Source: Candidatus Eiseniibacteriota bacterium (GTDB taxonomy: Bacteria > Eisenbacteria > RBG-16-71-46). Taken from it: a stretch of 64,000 nt of DNA. Within the stretch, counting starts at the first letter, position 1. Every line of letters begins with the position of its first letter. The position numbers and the translations under genes were made by a program. Below the pieces are notes generated by a model that had not been told where the DNA came from, did no database searches, and saw only the letters and a program-made list of their open reading frames with translations. The stretch covers positions 224,001 to 288,000 of the forward strand of contig CAVUWA010000005.1 in NCBI GenBank assembly GCA_963744995.1, given 5' to 3'. Positions 30,390-41,555 of this stretch are shown here, piece after piece.

Positions 30390-32195
30390 TCAGCGGGCCG
30401 GGATCTTCGCTCCCTGCAGCCGCTGCTCCAGCGCATTCAGCTCTTCCTTCAGGGCCGAGGGCAGCCGGTCGCCGAACTTCTCGAGATGCTGGCGGATGAG
30501 CGGCAGCTCCGCGCTCCACCCTTCCACGTCGACCTCGAGCAGCTTGCGCAGGTGGTCGGGCGCCAGCACCAGATCGTTGAGATCGAGCGCCCCCGACGCG
30601 GGCAGGCGCCCGATCGGCGTGTCGATCGCCTCGCCGGTGCCGGTCACCCGCTCGAAGATCCACTTGAGCACGCGGCTGTTCTCGCCGTAACCCGGCCACA
30701 GGAACTTGCCGTCGTCACCCTTGCGGAACCAGTTGACGTAGTAGATTCGCGGCAGCATCGCCGACTCGGCCCCGGCGCCGATCGCGAGCCAGTGCGCGAA
30801 GTAGTCGCCCATGTGGTAGCCGCAGAACGGCAGCATCGCGAACGGGTCGCGCCTGAGCTCGCCGATCTTGCCGGCCGCGGCGGCGGTCTTCTCGCTGCTC
30901 ATGATCGAGCCCATGAACGTGCCGTGCTGCCAGGACAGCGCTTCGGTCACCAGCGGAACCACGGTCGCGCGACGGCCGCCGAACAGGAACGCCGAGATCG
31001 GCACGCCTTTCGGATTCTCCCAGTCGGGCGAGATCACCGGGCACTGCGACGCCGGCGCCGTAAATCGCGCGTTGGGGTGCGCGGCCGGACGCTCCGCATC
31101 GGGCGTCCACGGGCGGCGCAGCCAGTCGACCAGCTGCGCCGGCTTCTTGTCGGTCATCTGCTCCCACCACACGTCGCCTTCCGGCGTGAGCGCGCAGTTG
31201 GTGAAGATCGAGTTCCGCTCGAACGAGCGCATCGCATTTGGATTGGTGCGCTCGCCGGTGCCCGGCGCGACGCCGAAGAATCCCGCCTCCGGATTGATGG
31301 CGTAGAGACGGCCGTCGTCGCCGAATTTCATCCAGGCGATGTCGTCGCCGACGGTTTCGACCTTCCAGCCGGGCAGCGTCGGCTGCAGCATCGCCAGGTT
31401 GGTCTTGCCGCACGCCGACGGGAACGCGCCGGCGATGAAGATCTTCTTCCCTTCGGGATTGGTGATGCCGAGGATCAGCATGTGCTCGGCGAGCCAGCCC
31501 TCGTCACGGGCCTGCACCGAGGCGATGCGCAGCGCGTGGCACTTCTTGCCGAGCAGCGCGTTGCCGCCGTAGCCGGAGCCGTACGACCAGATCTCGCGGC
31601 TCTCCGGGAAGTGACAGATGTATTTGGTCCTGGCGTTGCAGGGCCACGGCGAATCGGGCTTGCCGGGCTCGAGCGGCGCGCCCACCGAGTGCAGCCCGCG
31701 CACGAACTCGCCCTGCGCGCCGAGCACCTCGAGCACCTTCTTCCCGACCCGCGCCATGATGTGCATGTTGGCGACGACGTAGGGCGAGTCGGTGATCTCG
31801 ACGCCGATCTTCGCGATCGGCGAACCGATCGGCCCCATGCTGTAGGGGATCACGTACATGGTGCGGCCCTTCATGGCGCCCTTGAACAGGCCCCTGAGGG
31901 TCGCGAGCATCTCTTCGGGCTCGCGCCAGTTGTTCGTCGGTCCGGCATCGGATTCTTGCTTCGAGCAGATGAAGGTGAATTCCTCGACGCGTGCGACGTC
32001 GGCGGGATCCGAGCGGACGAAAACGCTGTTGGGCCGCCGGGCCTCGTCGAGGCGGATGGCGGTTCCCGTCTGCACCATGAGGTGCAGCATCGCCTGGTAT
32101 TCGGCGGACGATCCGTCGCACCAGTGCACCCGGTCCGGGCCGCACAACTCGGCGACGTCCGACACCCAGGTCTGCAGGATCTTGTGCGTGGTCAT
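30390..32195 (-). CDS. pckG: Phosphoenolpyruvate carboxykinase (GTP)
   Basis: [57 protein letters not shown]. Confidence 0.97.
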   Translation of the reverse strand: MTTHKILQTWVSDVAELCGPDRVHWCDGSSAEYQAMLHLMVQTGTAIRLDEARRPNSVFVRSDPADVARVEEFTFICSKQESDAGPTNNWREPEEMLATLRGLFKGAMKGRTMYVIPYSMGPIGSPIAKIGVEITDSPYVVANMHIMARVGKKVLEVLGAQGEFVRGLHSVGAPLEPGKPDSPWPCNARTKYICHFPESREIWSYGSGYGGNALLGKKCHALRIASVQARDEGWLAEHMLILGITNPEGKKIFIAGAFPSACGKTNLAMLQPTLPGWKVETVGDDIAWMKFGDDGRLYAINPEAGFFGVAPGTGERTNPNAMRSFERNSIFTNCALTPEGDVWWEQMTDKKPAQLVDWLRRPWTPDAERPAAHPNARFTAPASQCPVISPDWENPKGVPISAFLFGGRRATVVPLVTEALSWQHGTFMGSIMSSEKTAAAAGKIGELRRDPFAMLPFCGYHMGDYFAHWLAIGAGAESAMLPRIYYVNWFRKGDDGKFLWPGYGENSRVLKWIFERVTGTGEAIDTPIGRLPASGALDLNDLVLAPDHLRKLLEVDVEGWSAELPLIRQHLEKFGDRLPSALKEELNALEQRLQGAKIPAR

Positions 32196-32569
32196 GCGAT
32201 CTCCTCTATCGGCGGCCCGGCGGGATCATCCGCGGAGGTCCGGAACCGGTGCGCGTTGCGCCGGGGCCGCGCGGTGTTCCCGCACGGGATCTCCGCGGCG
32301 AGCCGGGTGGCTTCGCTCGCAGACGTCGCGATGCGCGTGCGTCGTGCGTCGCGACGATCGCGCGGCCGGGCTCAGACGCCCCGAAGGCACGCGCATTCGG
32401 ATGGTAGGTGTTCACCGGAGGCCGTTCAAGCCGCGCGGGATGGTCCGAACGTCGACCTCGAGGTGCGCCGCGCCGCGCGTGGCTTGCGTCGCCACGGCAC
32501 GTGGCGCATCTTAGGAAACGATCGATCGACCACGGCGTTCCACGCACGATTCCCTGGGAGGTGCTCGGG

Positions 32570-33235
32570 ATGGCAGCCAGGAAGAGTTCGCGCGCCGCCG
32601 GTGCGCGAGGTCGGAAACGTGGCCCGGCGGGCACGAAGCGCAAGGCCGGGCCGAAACGCCGGCCGCAGGCGGGCGTGAAGCGCAAGGCCGCCCGCGGCGC
32701 GGTGAAGAAGAAGACGGCGCGCAGGGCCGCCCCGAAGAAGTCCGCGGCGCGGAAGACCGTGAAGAAGTCCGCCCTGAAGAAACCCGCCCGCAAGCGGGCC
32801 ACGGCCCGCCGTCCCGCGCCGGGCCCGCGGGCCACGACGCCCGCCCGGGTCGCGAACGGCGTCGGACTCCGGGTTCAGCACATGGACTACACGACCCACG
32901 TCCTGGAGGACGTCAAGCGCTTCTACACCGAGACGCTCGGCTTCACCGCGTTCAGCTGGGACCCCGCGATCCCGTATCTGGCCATCCAGACCGGGCCGTC
33001 GTCGTCGCTCGGCTTCGCGCCACCCGTATCCGGGCCGCCCGAAGCGTGGCGGCCGCCACGCGAACCTGCGATCTACCTCGTCGTCGAGGACGTCGACCGG
33101 GCGCATCGCGAGCTGAGCTCGAAGGGCGTCCCTTTCGAGCAGGCCCCGGCGGACATGCCGTGGGGTCACCGGGTCGCCGTCGCGCGTGATCCGGAAGGTC
33201 GCGCCGTTTGTCTGGCGCAGATCCTGCGCGGCTGA
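32570..33235 (+). CDS. VOC/glyoxalase domain protein with a long Lys/Arg/Ala-rich N-terminal extension
   Basis: GGAGG SD; about 90 low-complexity basic residues, then FYTETLGF, YLVVEDVD, DMPWGHR, RDPEGR. Confidence 0.8.
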   Translation: MAARKSSRAAGARGRKRGPAGTKRKAGPKRRPQAGVKRKAARGAVKKKTARRAAPKKSAARKTVKKSALKKPARKRATARRPAPGPRATTPARVANGVGLRVQHMDYTTHVLEDVKRFYTETLGFTAFSWDPAIPYLAIQTGPSSSLGFAPPVSGPPEAWRPPREPAIYLVVEDVDRAHRELSSKGVPFEQAPADMPWGHRVAVARDPEGRAVCLAQILRG

Positions 33236-33273
33236 AGCAGCCGGACGTTCACCTCGAGAAACGGAGAACCGCC

Positions 33274-34407
33274 ATGCCGAGCAGAGCGCAGCAGTTGTTC
33301 GACCTGGGCCAGAGCGTATGGCTCGATTTCATCCGTCGCGGGCACATGGCCTCGGGCGAGTTCGACGCGCTGATCCGCGAGGCCGGCGTCATCGGCGTGA
33401 CCTCGAATCCGACCATCTTCCAGCACGCGATCGGCCAGAGCGACGACTACGACACCGGCATCGAGAAGCACATGCGCGACGGTCTCGACGGCCCCGCACT
33501 CCTCGACGCCCTGGTGTTCGAGGACATCCGCTCCGCCTGCGACCGGCTGCTGCCGGCGTTCGAGCGCACCGCAGGCCGTGACGGCCGCGTGAGCATCGAG
33601 GTCAATCCGCATCTCGCCCGCGACACCGAGCGCACGATCACCGAGGGACGGCGGCTGCACGCCGAGGTCGCGCGGCCGAACGTGATGATCAAGGTGCCGG
33701 CGACGCGCGAAGGGCTGCCCGCGATCACGGCGCTCACCGCAGAGGGGGTGTGCGTGAACGTCACGCTGATCTTCTCGCTCGCCCGCTATGCCGAAGTGAT
33801 GGACGCCTACATGAACGGGCTCGAGCAGCGCGCCTCACTCGGCCAGCCGCTCGCCGACATCCACTCGGTGGCGTCGTTCTTCGTCTCGCGCGTGGACAGC
33901 AAGCTGGACAAGGCGCTCGAAGCGCGCCTCCCGTCGGTGGATGCGAAGGCCGGGGAGACCCTGCGGGCCGCGCGCGGCCGCGTGGCCGTGGCCAACGCGC
34001 GTCTCGCCTACCGCGCGTTCCTCGAGACGTTCGGCGCCGCGCGTTTCGGCGCGCTGGCGGCGAAGGGCGCACACCGCCAGCGGCCGCTGTGGGCATCGAC
34101 GAGCACCAAGAACCCCGCCTATCGGGACGTGCTCTACGTGGAGGAGCTGATCGGCGCGGACACCGTGAACACGATGCCACCGAACACCCTCGACGCGTTC
34201 AACGATCACGGCGCGGTCGAGGTCCGTATCGACCGTGACCTCGACGAGGCGGATCGCCTGTTCCGCGAGCTGCCCGGCCTGGGCGTGCCGGTGAACGATC
34301 TCATCGCCGAGCTCGAGCTGGAGGGCGTCGCGGCGTTCGAGAAGTCCTACGATGCGCTGCTGGACACCCTGGCCGGCAAGCGCAAGGCGCTGCTCAAGGC
34401 CCGCTGA
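33274..34407 (+). CDS. tal: Transaldolase
   Basis: GQSVWLD, GVTSNPTIF, VSIEV, IKVPAT, NVTLIFS, SFFVSRVD, RPLWAST. Confidence 0.96.
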   Translation: MPSRAQQLFDLGQSVWLDFIRRGHMASGEFDALIREAGVIGVTSNPTIFQHAIGQSDDYDTGIEKHMRDGLDGPALLDALVFEDIRSACDRLLPAFERTAGRDGRVSIEVNPHLARDTERTITEGRRLHAEVARPNVMIKVPATREGLPAITALTAEGVCVNVTLIFSLARYAEVMDAYMNGLEQRASLGQPLADIHSVASFFVSRVDSKLDKALEARLPSVDAKAGETLRAARGRVAVANARLAYRAFLETFGAARFGALAAKGAHRQRPLWASTSTKNPAYRDVLYVEELIGADTVNTMPPNTLDAFNDHGAVEVRIDRDLDEADRLFRELPGLGVPVNDLIAELELEGVAAFEKSYDALLDTLAGKRKALLKAR

Positions 34408-34440
34408 CCTCCCGGCGCCGCCGGTGGCCAGGACGCGTCT

Positions 34441-35445
34441 TCAGGTCCCGAACCAGCGGGCGGCCTGCGCGAGGTCCACGTTGCCGCCCGACAGCACCAC
34501 GGCCACGCGCTGGCCGCGCACCTCGATGCGCTCCGCCAGCAGCGGCGCGAGGCCGAGCACGGCAGTGGGTTCGACCAGCAGCTTCATGCGCTCCCACACG
34601 AAGCGCATGGCCGCGATCAGCTCGGCGTCCTCGGCGACGGTCATCTCGCTCACGCAGCGGCGGATGACGTCGAATGTGAGCTCACCCAGGGATGGCGTGC
34701 GGGCGCCGTCCGCGATCGTCGGCCCACACGGGCGGCGCACCAGCCGTCCCGCCTTGAACGAGTCGCGGCCGTCGGCGCCCGACGCCGGTTCCACGCCGAC
34801 GACCTTCGCGCCCGGGCTCATCATCTCGGCAGCCAGCGCCGATCCCGAGATCAAACCACCGCCGCCCACCGGGACGAACACGCGATCCACGGGGCCGACC
34901 TCTTCGAACAGCTCCATCATCGCGGTCCCCTGCCCCGCGATGATGTCGGGATGGTCGAACGGCGGCACGATCGTCATGCCGCGCTCGCGCGCGAGACGCA
35001 TGGCCATCGCCTCGCGCGTCTCGCCGGTGTCCTCGGGATGCACGATCTCGGCGTCGTAGTCCTCCGTCGCCGCGCGCTTCACGGCGGGCGCGCTGCGCGG
35101 CATCACGATCACCGCGGGCACGCCGGCCTCCCGCGCCGCGAAGGCGACGGCCTGGGCGTGGTTGCCGGACGAGTAGGCGACGACGCCGCGCGCGCGGGCA
35201 GCGCGCTTGAGACGCGAGATCATGTAGGTCGCGCCGCGGATCTTGAACGCGCCGATCTTCTGCAGGTTCTCGCACTTGAAGAACACCCGTGCCCCGAGCA
35301 TGTCGTCCAGGGTGCGCGAGGTCGCGACCGGGGTGCGGTGCACGCGCCCCTCGAGCGCCTCGCGCGCGGCGAGCAGCCGCGTCGGCCACTCGGCGTCCGT
35401 GATCGAGCTCTTTGCGGCGGCCGCGCCCGCACCTTTCTCAGCCAC
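34441..35445 (-). CDS. PLP-dependent threonine/serine dehydratase family enzyme (serine racemase / hydroxyaspartate ammonia-lyase-like)
   Basis: KCENLQKIGAFKIRGA, SSGNHAQ, GQGT, VGGGGL, SGGNVD; no regulatory domain. Confidence 0.88.
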   Translation of the reverse strand: MAEKGAGAAAAKSSITDAEWPTRLLAAREALEGRVHRTPVATSRTLDDMLGARVFFKCENLQKIGAFKIRGATYMISRLKRAARARGVVAYSSGNHAQAVAFAAREAGVPAVIVMPRSAPAVKRAATEDYDAEIVHPEDTGETREAMAMRLARERGMTIVPPFDHPDIIAGQGTAMMELFEEVGPVDRVFVPVGGGGLISGSALAAEMMSPGAKVVGVEPASGADGRDSFKAGRLVRRPCGPTIADGARTPSLGELTFDVIRRCVSEMTVAEDAELIAAMRFVWERMKLLVEPTAVLGLAPLLAERIEVRGQRVAVVLSGGNVDLAQAARWFGT

Positions 35446-35452
35446 GCGTGGC

Positions 35453-36844
35453 CTACTCCCCCTGCCCCGGCTCGGTCTGCCGGCGCGGATCCAGGGCGTG
35501 CTCGATCTGCTCGCGGGTGAGATCGGTCATCTCGGCCGCGAGCTCGCGCACCGGGCGCCGCTCCTTGAACGAGCGCTTCGCGATCTCCGCCGCCTTGTCG
35601 TAGCCGATCAACGGATTGAGTGCCGTGGCCATGCTCGGCGAGATCTCGATGTAGCCGCGGCAGGTCTCCTCGTTGGCATCGAGGCCGGCGATCGCCTTGT
35701 CGGCGAACACCCGCGCCGCCCGCGCCAGCAGCCGGATGCTCTCGAGCAGATTGCGCACGATCATCGGCAGCATCGTGTTCAGGTCGAGCTGGCCCCACTG
35801 GCCGCCGATGGTGATCGCCAGATGGTTGCCGCTCACCTGCGCGCCCACCATGACCACGGCCTCGCAGATCACGGGATTCACCTTGCCGGGCATGATGCTC
35901 GAGCCCGGCTGGACCGCCGGCAGCGCGATCTCGGCGAGCCCGCAGCGCGGGCCGCTGTTGAGCAGCCGCACGTCGTTCGCGATCTTCATGAGGCTTGCCG
36001 CGATCGTGTTGAGCGCGCCGCTGGCCCACACCGCGCCGTCCTGCGCGCCCTGCGCCTCGAAGTGGTTGCGGGCCTCGCTGAACGAGCTCTGGGTGAGCAG
36101 GCCGATCTCGCGCGCCATGCGCGCGCCGAATTCCGGATGCGTGTTGATGCCGGTACCGACCGCGGTGCCGCCGATCGCCACCTCGCGCAGATCCGGCAGC
36201 ACCGCCTGCATGCGGGCGATGCCGTGTGCGATCTGCGCCGCGTAGCCGCTGAACTCCTGGCCGAGCCGGATCGGCGTGGCGTCCATCAAATGCGTGCGAC
36301 CCGTCTTGATGACGGCATCGAAAGCGCGTGCCTTGTCGTCGAGCGCGATACGCAGATGTTCGAGCGCGGGCAGCAGCTCTCGCTCGATCTCGAGCACGGC
36401 CGATACGTGCAGTGCCGTGGGCACGACGTCGTTGCTGCTCTGCCCCAGGTTGACGTCGTCGTTGGGGTGCACCTTCGCGCCGAGCAGCTCCGCCGCACGG
36501 TGGGCGATGACCTCGTTCGCGTTCATGTTCGAGCTGGTGCCGCTGCCGGTCTGGAACACGTCGATCGGGAACTCCGCGTCCCAGCGGCCCTCCGCCACCT
36601 CCTGCGCCGCCTTCTCGATGGCCTGGGCCTTGTTCTGCTCGAGCAGGCCGAGCGCGCCGTTGACCCGCGCCGCCGCGGCCTTGATCACGCCGAGCGTGTG
36701 GACGAACGCGGGCGGCATCGGCTGCCCCGACACCGGGAAGTTCTCGACGGCGCGCTGGGTCTGCGGACCATAGCGCGCCGTGGCCGGCACCTGCATCTCG
36801 CCGAGGCTGTCCTTCTCGATCCGGTATTCCGTCGTGGTGCTCAT
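35453..36844 (-). CDS. fumC: Class II fumarate hydratase
   Basis: QTGSGTSSNMNANE, HPNDDVN, GRTHLMDA, GSSIMPGKVNP. Confidence 0.95.
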   Translation of the reverse strand: MSTTTEYRIEKDSLGEMQVPATARYGPQTQRAVENFPVSGQPMPPAFVHTLGVIKAAAARVNGALGLLEQNKAQAIEKAAQEVAEGRWDAEFPIDVFQTGSGTSSNMNANEVIAHRAAELLGAKVHPNDDVNLGQSSNDVVPTALHVSAVLEIERELLPALEHLRIALDDKARAFDAVIKTGRTHLMDATPIRLGQEFSGYAAQIAHGIARMQAVLPDLREVAIGGTAVGTGINTHPEFGARMAREIGLLTQSSFSEARNHFEAQGAQDGAVWASGALNTIAASLMKIANDVRLLNSGPRCGLAEIALPAVQPGSSIMPGKVNPVICEAVVMVGAQVSGNHLAITIGGQWGQLDLNTMLPMIVRNLLESIRLLARAARVFADKAIAGLDANEETCRGYIEISPSMATALNPLIGYDKAAEIAKRSFKERRPVRELAAEMTDLTREQIEHALDPRRQTEPGQGE

Positions 36845-37059
36845 CGGTGGCTCCGTATGACGGCGGTCGCCGCGGCCGGCCACACCCCGCCCGGGGTGGA
36901 CCTGCCGGCGCCGTACTCCGTTCGCTGGGTCGGACTCCGGCCGGGGCCGGGATCAGACGCATGCGGCGCCCGCGGGCGCGCACGCGTCCTAATCATTACC
37001 ACGCCGCGGCGGGGCGGGCACCCGGGCGGGCGCCGGAGAGGCCGCTGCGGCGGAACGCC

Positions 37060-37491
37060 TCAGGCACGCACGGGCCTGGCCGGCAGAAGCTCGTAGCGGC
37101 TGGTGAGCTTCACCGCCGGCGCCAGCATCGCATGCACCGAACAGTAGCGCGTCTCGCTCAGCTCGATCGCGCGCTCGATGAGCGCCGGGTTCAGGTCCAC
37201 ACCTGTGATCCGGTGCACGATCTCGATCGCGGTGAAGACCTTCGGGTGCTCGTCCGCGCGCTCGGCGTGGAGCAGGACCTCGTACGAGGTCACGTTCTGG
37301 CGCATCTTGCGCAGGACGCTGATGACGTCCATGCCCGTGCAGCCGCCGAGCGCGGCGAGCACCGCCTGCATCGGACTCGCGGCCACCGCGCCGGCGCCGC
37401 TGTCGAGCCGCATCGTACGACCATCCACGTCCGCGCCGAAGCGCAGGCCTTCCTGGATGGTTTCGAGATTCAGTCGAGCCATGTGCCTCAT
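37060..37491 (-). CDS. OsmC family protein
   Basis: SPMQAVLAALGGCTGMDV and YCSV cysteine pair. Confidence 0.88.
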   Translation of the reverse strand: MRHMARLNLETIQEGLRFGADVDGRTMRLDSGAGAVAASPMQAVLAALGGCTGMDVISVLRKMRQNVTSYEVLLHAERADEHPKVFTAIEIVHRITGVDLNPALIERAIELSETRYCSVHAMLAPAVKLTSRYELLPARPVRA

Positions 37492-37612
37492 CGCCGACCC
37501 CCTTTCGTCGTTATTCGATGCTCGCACGGCGCACACCGATGCGGGACTGCCACCAAAGTCCCAACTGCCGGGGGCGGAACCGCGGCGGGCGGCCCCGCGG
37601 GGGTCGCGGCCG

Positions 37613-39022
37613 TCAGGGGCCGGTGCTGGCCGCGCCGAGGCTGCGGAGCTTGTTGTAGCCGTCGAGCGCGGCCACTTTGTAGCACTCGGCCAGCGTCGGG
37701 TAGTTGAAGACACTGCGCACGAAGTAATCCAGCGTGCCGTCGAGCGCCATCACCGCCTGGCCGATATGCACGAGTTCGGTGGCCTGGGTGCCCAGGCACC
37801 ACACGCCGAGAACCCTGCGCGTCTCGAGGTGGAAGATGAGCTTCATCATCCCCTCGAGATCACCCAGGATGTTGCCGCGCGCGATCTCGCGGTAGCGCGC
37901 CACGCCGGTCTCGTAGGGCACGCCCTGCTGGGTGAGCTCCTCCTCGCTGCGCCCGACCCAGGAGATCTCGGGGATCGCATAGATCCCGAACGGGTAGAGT
38001 TCCGGAATCGTGGTCGCCGGCTCGCCGAACGCGTGGCAGGCCGCGAGCCGGCCCTGCTCGCTGCTGGTCGAGGCGAGCGACGGGTAGCCGATCACGTCGC
38101 CGACCGCGTAGATGTGCGGTTGCGAGGTCTGGAAGTGCTCGTTCACGCGGATGCGTCCGCGTTCGTCGGCCTCGAGACCCGCGGCGTCGAGGTGCAGGTG
38201 ATGCGTGGCCCCCTGACGGCCGGCCGAGACCAGCACCAGCTCGGTGGCCAGGCGCTTGCCGCTCTTCATGACGAGGGTCGCGCGGTCCTCCTCGCCGGGC
38301 TCGATCGACCCGACCTCCTCCCCCATCCTGAGCGTGATGCCCATGGTGCGGGCCTGATAGGACAGATGATCGGTGAGTTCGTCGTCCACGAACTCCAGCA
38401 GCTTCGGACGCTTGTCGATCAGCGTCACGTGCACGCCGAGCGTGGCGAACATGGTCGCGTACTCGAGGCCGATGATCCCGGCGCCGACGATCGCCATGTG
38501 GCGCGGCAGGCTGCTCAGGTTCAGCACGTCGTCGCTGGTGATCACCCGGCGGTGGTCGATGTCGATCCCGGGCGGCAGCGCCGGACGCGTGCCGACCGCG
38601 ATCACGATCCGCTCGCCGGAGAGCTCGCGCCGGTCGGAGCCCTCGCTGACCACGACCTCGTGCGGCCCGGCGAAGGCGCCCGAGCCCTCCACGAGGCGGA
38701 TTCCGTTGCGCTGCAGCTGCGCGCGAATCACCTCGCGCTCGCGGCGCATGACGCTCTCGGTGCGCAGCACGAGATCGGCGGCGGTGATGTCGAGCTTCGC
38801 CCGGTACGACTCCCCGTAGAGGATCCGCTGGCGCAACCCGGACAGGTCCAGCACCGCTTCGCGCATCGTCTTGCTCGGCACGGTGCCGCTGTTGATGCAC
38901 ACGCCGCCCACGTCGCGATGGCGCTCCACCACGGCGACGCGCTTGTCGAGCTTGGCGGCCTGGACGGCGGCGCGCTGGCCGGCCGGTCCGCTGCCGATGA
39001 CGATCAGATCAAACGCTTCCAT
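37613..39022 (-). CDS. sthA: Soluble Si-specific NAD(P)+ transhydrogenase
   Basis: GSGPAG, GGVCINSGTVPSK (single Cys), GAGIIGLEYA, LASTSSEQGR, FNYPTLAECYKVAALDG. Confidence 0.92.
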   Translation of the reverse strand: MEAFDLIVIGSGPAGQRAAVQAAKLDKRVAVVERHRDVGGVCINSGTVPSKTMREAVLDLSGLRQRILYGESYRAKLDITAADLVLRTESVMRREREVIRAQLQRNGIRLVEGSGAFAGPHEVVVSEGSDRRELSGERIVIAVGTRPALPPGIDIDHRRVITSDDVLNLSSLPRHMAIVGAGIIGLEYATMFATLGVHVTLIDKRPKLLEFVDDELTDHLSYQARTMGITLRMGEEVGSIEPGEEDRATLVMKSGKRLATELVLVSAGRQGATHHLHLDAAGLEADERGRIRVNEHFQTSQPHIYAVGDVIGYPSLASTSSEQGRLAACHAFGEPATTIPELYPFGIYAIPEISWVGRSEEELTQQGVPYETGVARYREIARGNILGDLEGMMKLIFHLETRRVLGVWCLGTQATELVHIGQAVMALDGTLDYFVRSVFNYPTLAECYKVAALDGYNKLRSLGAASTGP

Positions 39023-39049
39023 GCATCCCTCCGGTGCCGTGACCTCGGG

Positions 39050-40417
39050 TCATGACGCGGCCGTGGACTCGCCCGCGCCGCCGCCGGAGCCGCCCTCCGC
39101 AGCGGGCGAACCCAGCGACAGGTCGATTTCCTCGTCGGTCAGCACCTCACGGCGATTCATGATCTGCGACGAGTCGTGTTCGAACATGAGGTGGGTGAGG
39201 TGGTCGATCCCGACTTCCAGCTGCTTCCTCAAACCCACCATCTTGACGAGGTAGGCGGCGGCCCACAAGAGCCAGGCCAGCCGTCCGGAGATGGCGAAGC
39301 CGAACAGGTCGACGACGGAACTGTGCTTGCCCAGCGAGATGATGTAGCCGGCGTCGCGGAAACCGAATGCCGGAATCGTACGGCCGGCCGCTTCGCGCAC
39401 GAGTGCGGCGCCCAGATAGCCGCCCATCGCCACCGCGGTCTGCGAGAGCCGCGGCTGCAGGGTCCCGTCGCCGCGCTCGGATGCGGCGCAGTCGCCGATC
39501 ACGTAGACATGGGCGATCGGCCGCTCGCCCGGATCGAGGGCGTGCAGATGGGCATCCACGCGCACCCGGCCGTCCCGCGCGTGCGCCACCGGCAGGCTGC
39601 AAACGACGTCCGGTGGCCGCACTCCGGCGGTCCACAGGATCGTGAACGCCTCGACCCGCTCGCCCCCCTCGAGATACACGACGCGGGGCTCGACCCGGTC
39701 CACGCGCGCGGACGTCCGGATCTTCACGCCGCGCCGTTCGAGAAAGCGGCGCACGTATGCGGAATGCTCTTCGCGCGCCGTGATCACCAGCCGGTCCGCC
39801 CCTTCGAGCAGGGTCACGGTGATGTGCGAGGCAGTCAGGTGAGGGTAGCGCGGCAGCAGCGTCTCGCGCGCCATCTCGATCAGCTCGGCCGCCACCTCGA
39901 CGCCGGTCACACCGCCGCCCACGATCGCGAACGCCAGGAGCCGGCGACGCTGCGCCTCCGACTCCGCCTGCTCCGCCATCTCGAACAGTTCGACGACCCG
40001 GGCGCGCAGCCGCATGGCGTCGACGATGTTCTTGAACGGCATCGTGTAGCGCTCGGCACCCTGGATGCCGTAGTAGTCCGTGACGCTGCCGAGCGCGACG
40101 ATTAGGGTGTCGAAGCGACTGCGCAGATCGTTGTGCAGGACCACCTCGCGCCGCTCGAGATCGATGTGCTCGACCTTGTTCTTGAAGAAACGGATGTGAC
40201 GGTGCCGCGCCATTTCACGAAGCGGATAGACGATGTGGCGCGTCTCGACGGCGCCCACCGCGACCGCCGGCAGCAGCGGATTGAACTGGAAGAAGTTCTC
40301 CTTGTCGATCAGGAGAGTGTCCCAGTATTCCCGCGCGCCACGGGAGCGGCCGATGGCACGGGCCACGTCGAGCCCGCCGAATCCGCCACCGAGAATCAAC
40401 AGTCGCTTCCCCGCCAT
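39050..40417 (-). CDS. ndh: Type II NADH dehydrogenase family FAD oxidoreductase
   Basis: GGGFGG, FNPLL, VGGGVTGVEVAAE, WTAGV, YVIGDCA. Confidence 0.85.
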   Translation of the reverse strand: MAGKRLLILGGGFGGLDVARAIGRSRGAREYWDTLLIDKENFFQFNPLLPAVAVGAVETRHIVYPLREMARHRHIRFFKNKVEHIDLERREVVLHNDLRSRFDTLIVALGSVTDYYGIQGAERYTMPFKNIVDAMRLRARVVELFEMAEQAESEAQRRRLLAFAIVGGGVTGVEVAAELIEMARETLLPRYPHLTASHITVTLLEGADRLVITAREEHSAYVRRFLERRGVKIRTSARVDRVEPRVVYLEGGERVEAFTILWTAGVRPPDVVCSLPVAHARDGRVRVDAHLHALDPGERPIAHVYVIGDCAASERGDGTLQPRLSQTAVAMGGYLGAALVREAAGRTIPAFGFRDAGYIISLGKHSSVVDLFGFAISGRLAWLLWAAAYLVKMVGLRKQLEVGIDHLTHLMFEHDSSQIMNRREVLTDEEIDLSLGSPAAEGGSGGGAGESTAAS

Positions 40418-40464
40418 GGGCGGCACCATACCACTGCCCCCCGCCTTTGATAGATTGCCGGCGC

Positions 40465-41427
40465 ATGCCCGTGATCTCGGTCCTCGTCCCCGTCTACAAT
40501 GCCGCGCCGTGGCTCGCGGCTTCCCTGGCGTCGCTCCGGCGGCAGAGCGAGCCGGACTTCGAGATCATCGCGGTCGACGACGGGTCCACCGATGGCTCGG
40601 GCGATCTGCTCGAGGTCATCGCCCGGTCCGAGCCGCGGCTGGTGGTCGCGCGCCACCCGCACCGCGGTCTGCCGACGGCCCTGAACGAGGCCTTCGCGCT
40701 GGCGCGCGGCGCGTACGTCGCCCGCCACGATGCGGACGACCTCTCGCATCGTTTACGGCTCGAGCGCCAGCGCGCGATGCTCGATCGAGATCCGCACCTC
40801 GCCGTCGTGGGCAGCCGCCTGCGCATGTTTCCGGCCGCGCAGACCGGCGTCGGCATGCGGCGCTGGGCGCGCTGGCACAACGCACTCCTCAGCCACGACG
40901 CGATCGCCAACGAGATGCTGATCGACAGCCCGCTCGCGCACGGGACGGCGATGATCCGCCGCGCATGGCTCGAGCGGGCGGGCGGCTGGCACGAGCGCGG
41001 CTGGGCCGAGGATCTCGACCTGTGGATCCGGCTGCTGCGCGCCGGGGCGCGCTTCACGAAGCGACCGGAAGTCCTCTACGGCTGGCGCCAGCATCGCGGC
41101 AGCGCGACGCGGCGCGATCCGCGCTACCGGCAACAGCGCTTCGTCGCGCTCAAGCTCGAGGCGCTCGCCCTGGACTTCGTGCGCGACCGTTCCGCGGTCA
41201 CGGTCGTCGGAGTCGGTGAGAGTCTGGTGCGGGCCCGCGAGGCGATCGCCTCGCTCGACGCGCACGTCACGAGCCTCGCGGCGGGACGCCCGTCGGCACC
41301 CATCCTCGCTCGGCTCACCCCGCCGGCGATTCTCGTATTCGTGAGTCCGGCGGCGCGCGCCCGGTGGCGCGAATCGCTACAGGATATGGGCTGGCGTGAA
41401 CGCAGCGACTTCATATTCGTCGCTTAA
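40465..41427 (+). CDS. Glycosyltransferase family 2
   Basis: SVLVPVYN, VDDGSTDGS, ARHDADD, AEDLDLW. Confidence 0.9.
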   Translation: MPVISVLVPVYNAAPWLAASLASLRRQSEPDFEIIAVDDGSTDGSGDLLEVIARSEPRLVVARHPHRGLPTALNEAFALARGAYVARHDADDLSHRLRLERQRAMLDRDPHLAVVGSRLRMFPAAQTGVGMRRWARWHNALLSHDAIANEMLIDSPLAHGTAMIRRAWLERAGGWHERGWAEDLDLWIRLLRAGARFTKRPEVLYGWRQHRGSATRRDPRYRQQRFVALKLEALALDFVRDRSAVTVVGVGESLVRAREAIASLDAHVTSLAAGRPSAPILARLTPPAILVFVSPAARARWRESLQDMGWRERSDFIFVA

Positions 41428-41555
41428 GTGCAATTCATCCGCAACGGCGCACGGATTCACACGTTCAACCGGTTTGCATTGACCCACCACCGTCCCGCTG
41501 ATAGTCCTCAACTTGCAATTTCGTATTCAGCGGAATTGCGAACATGGAGGCCATG

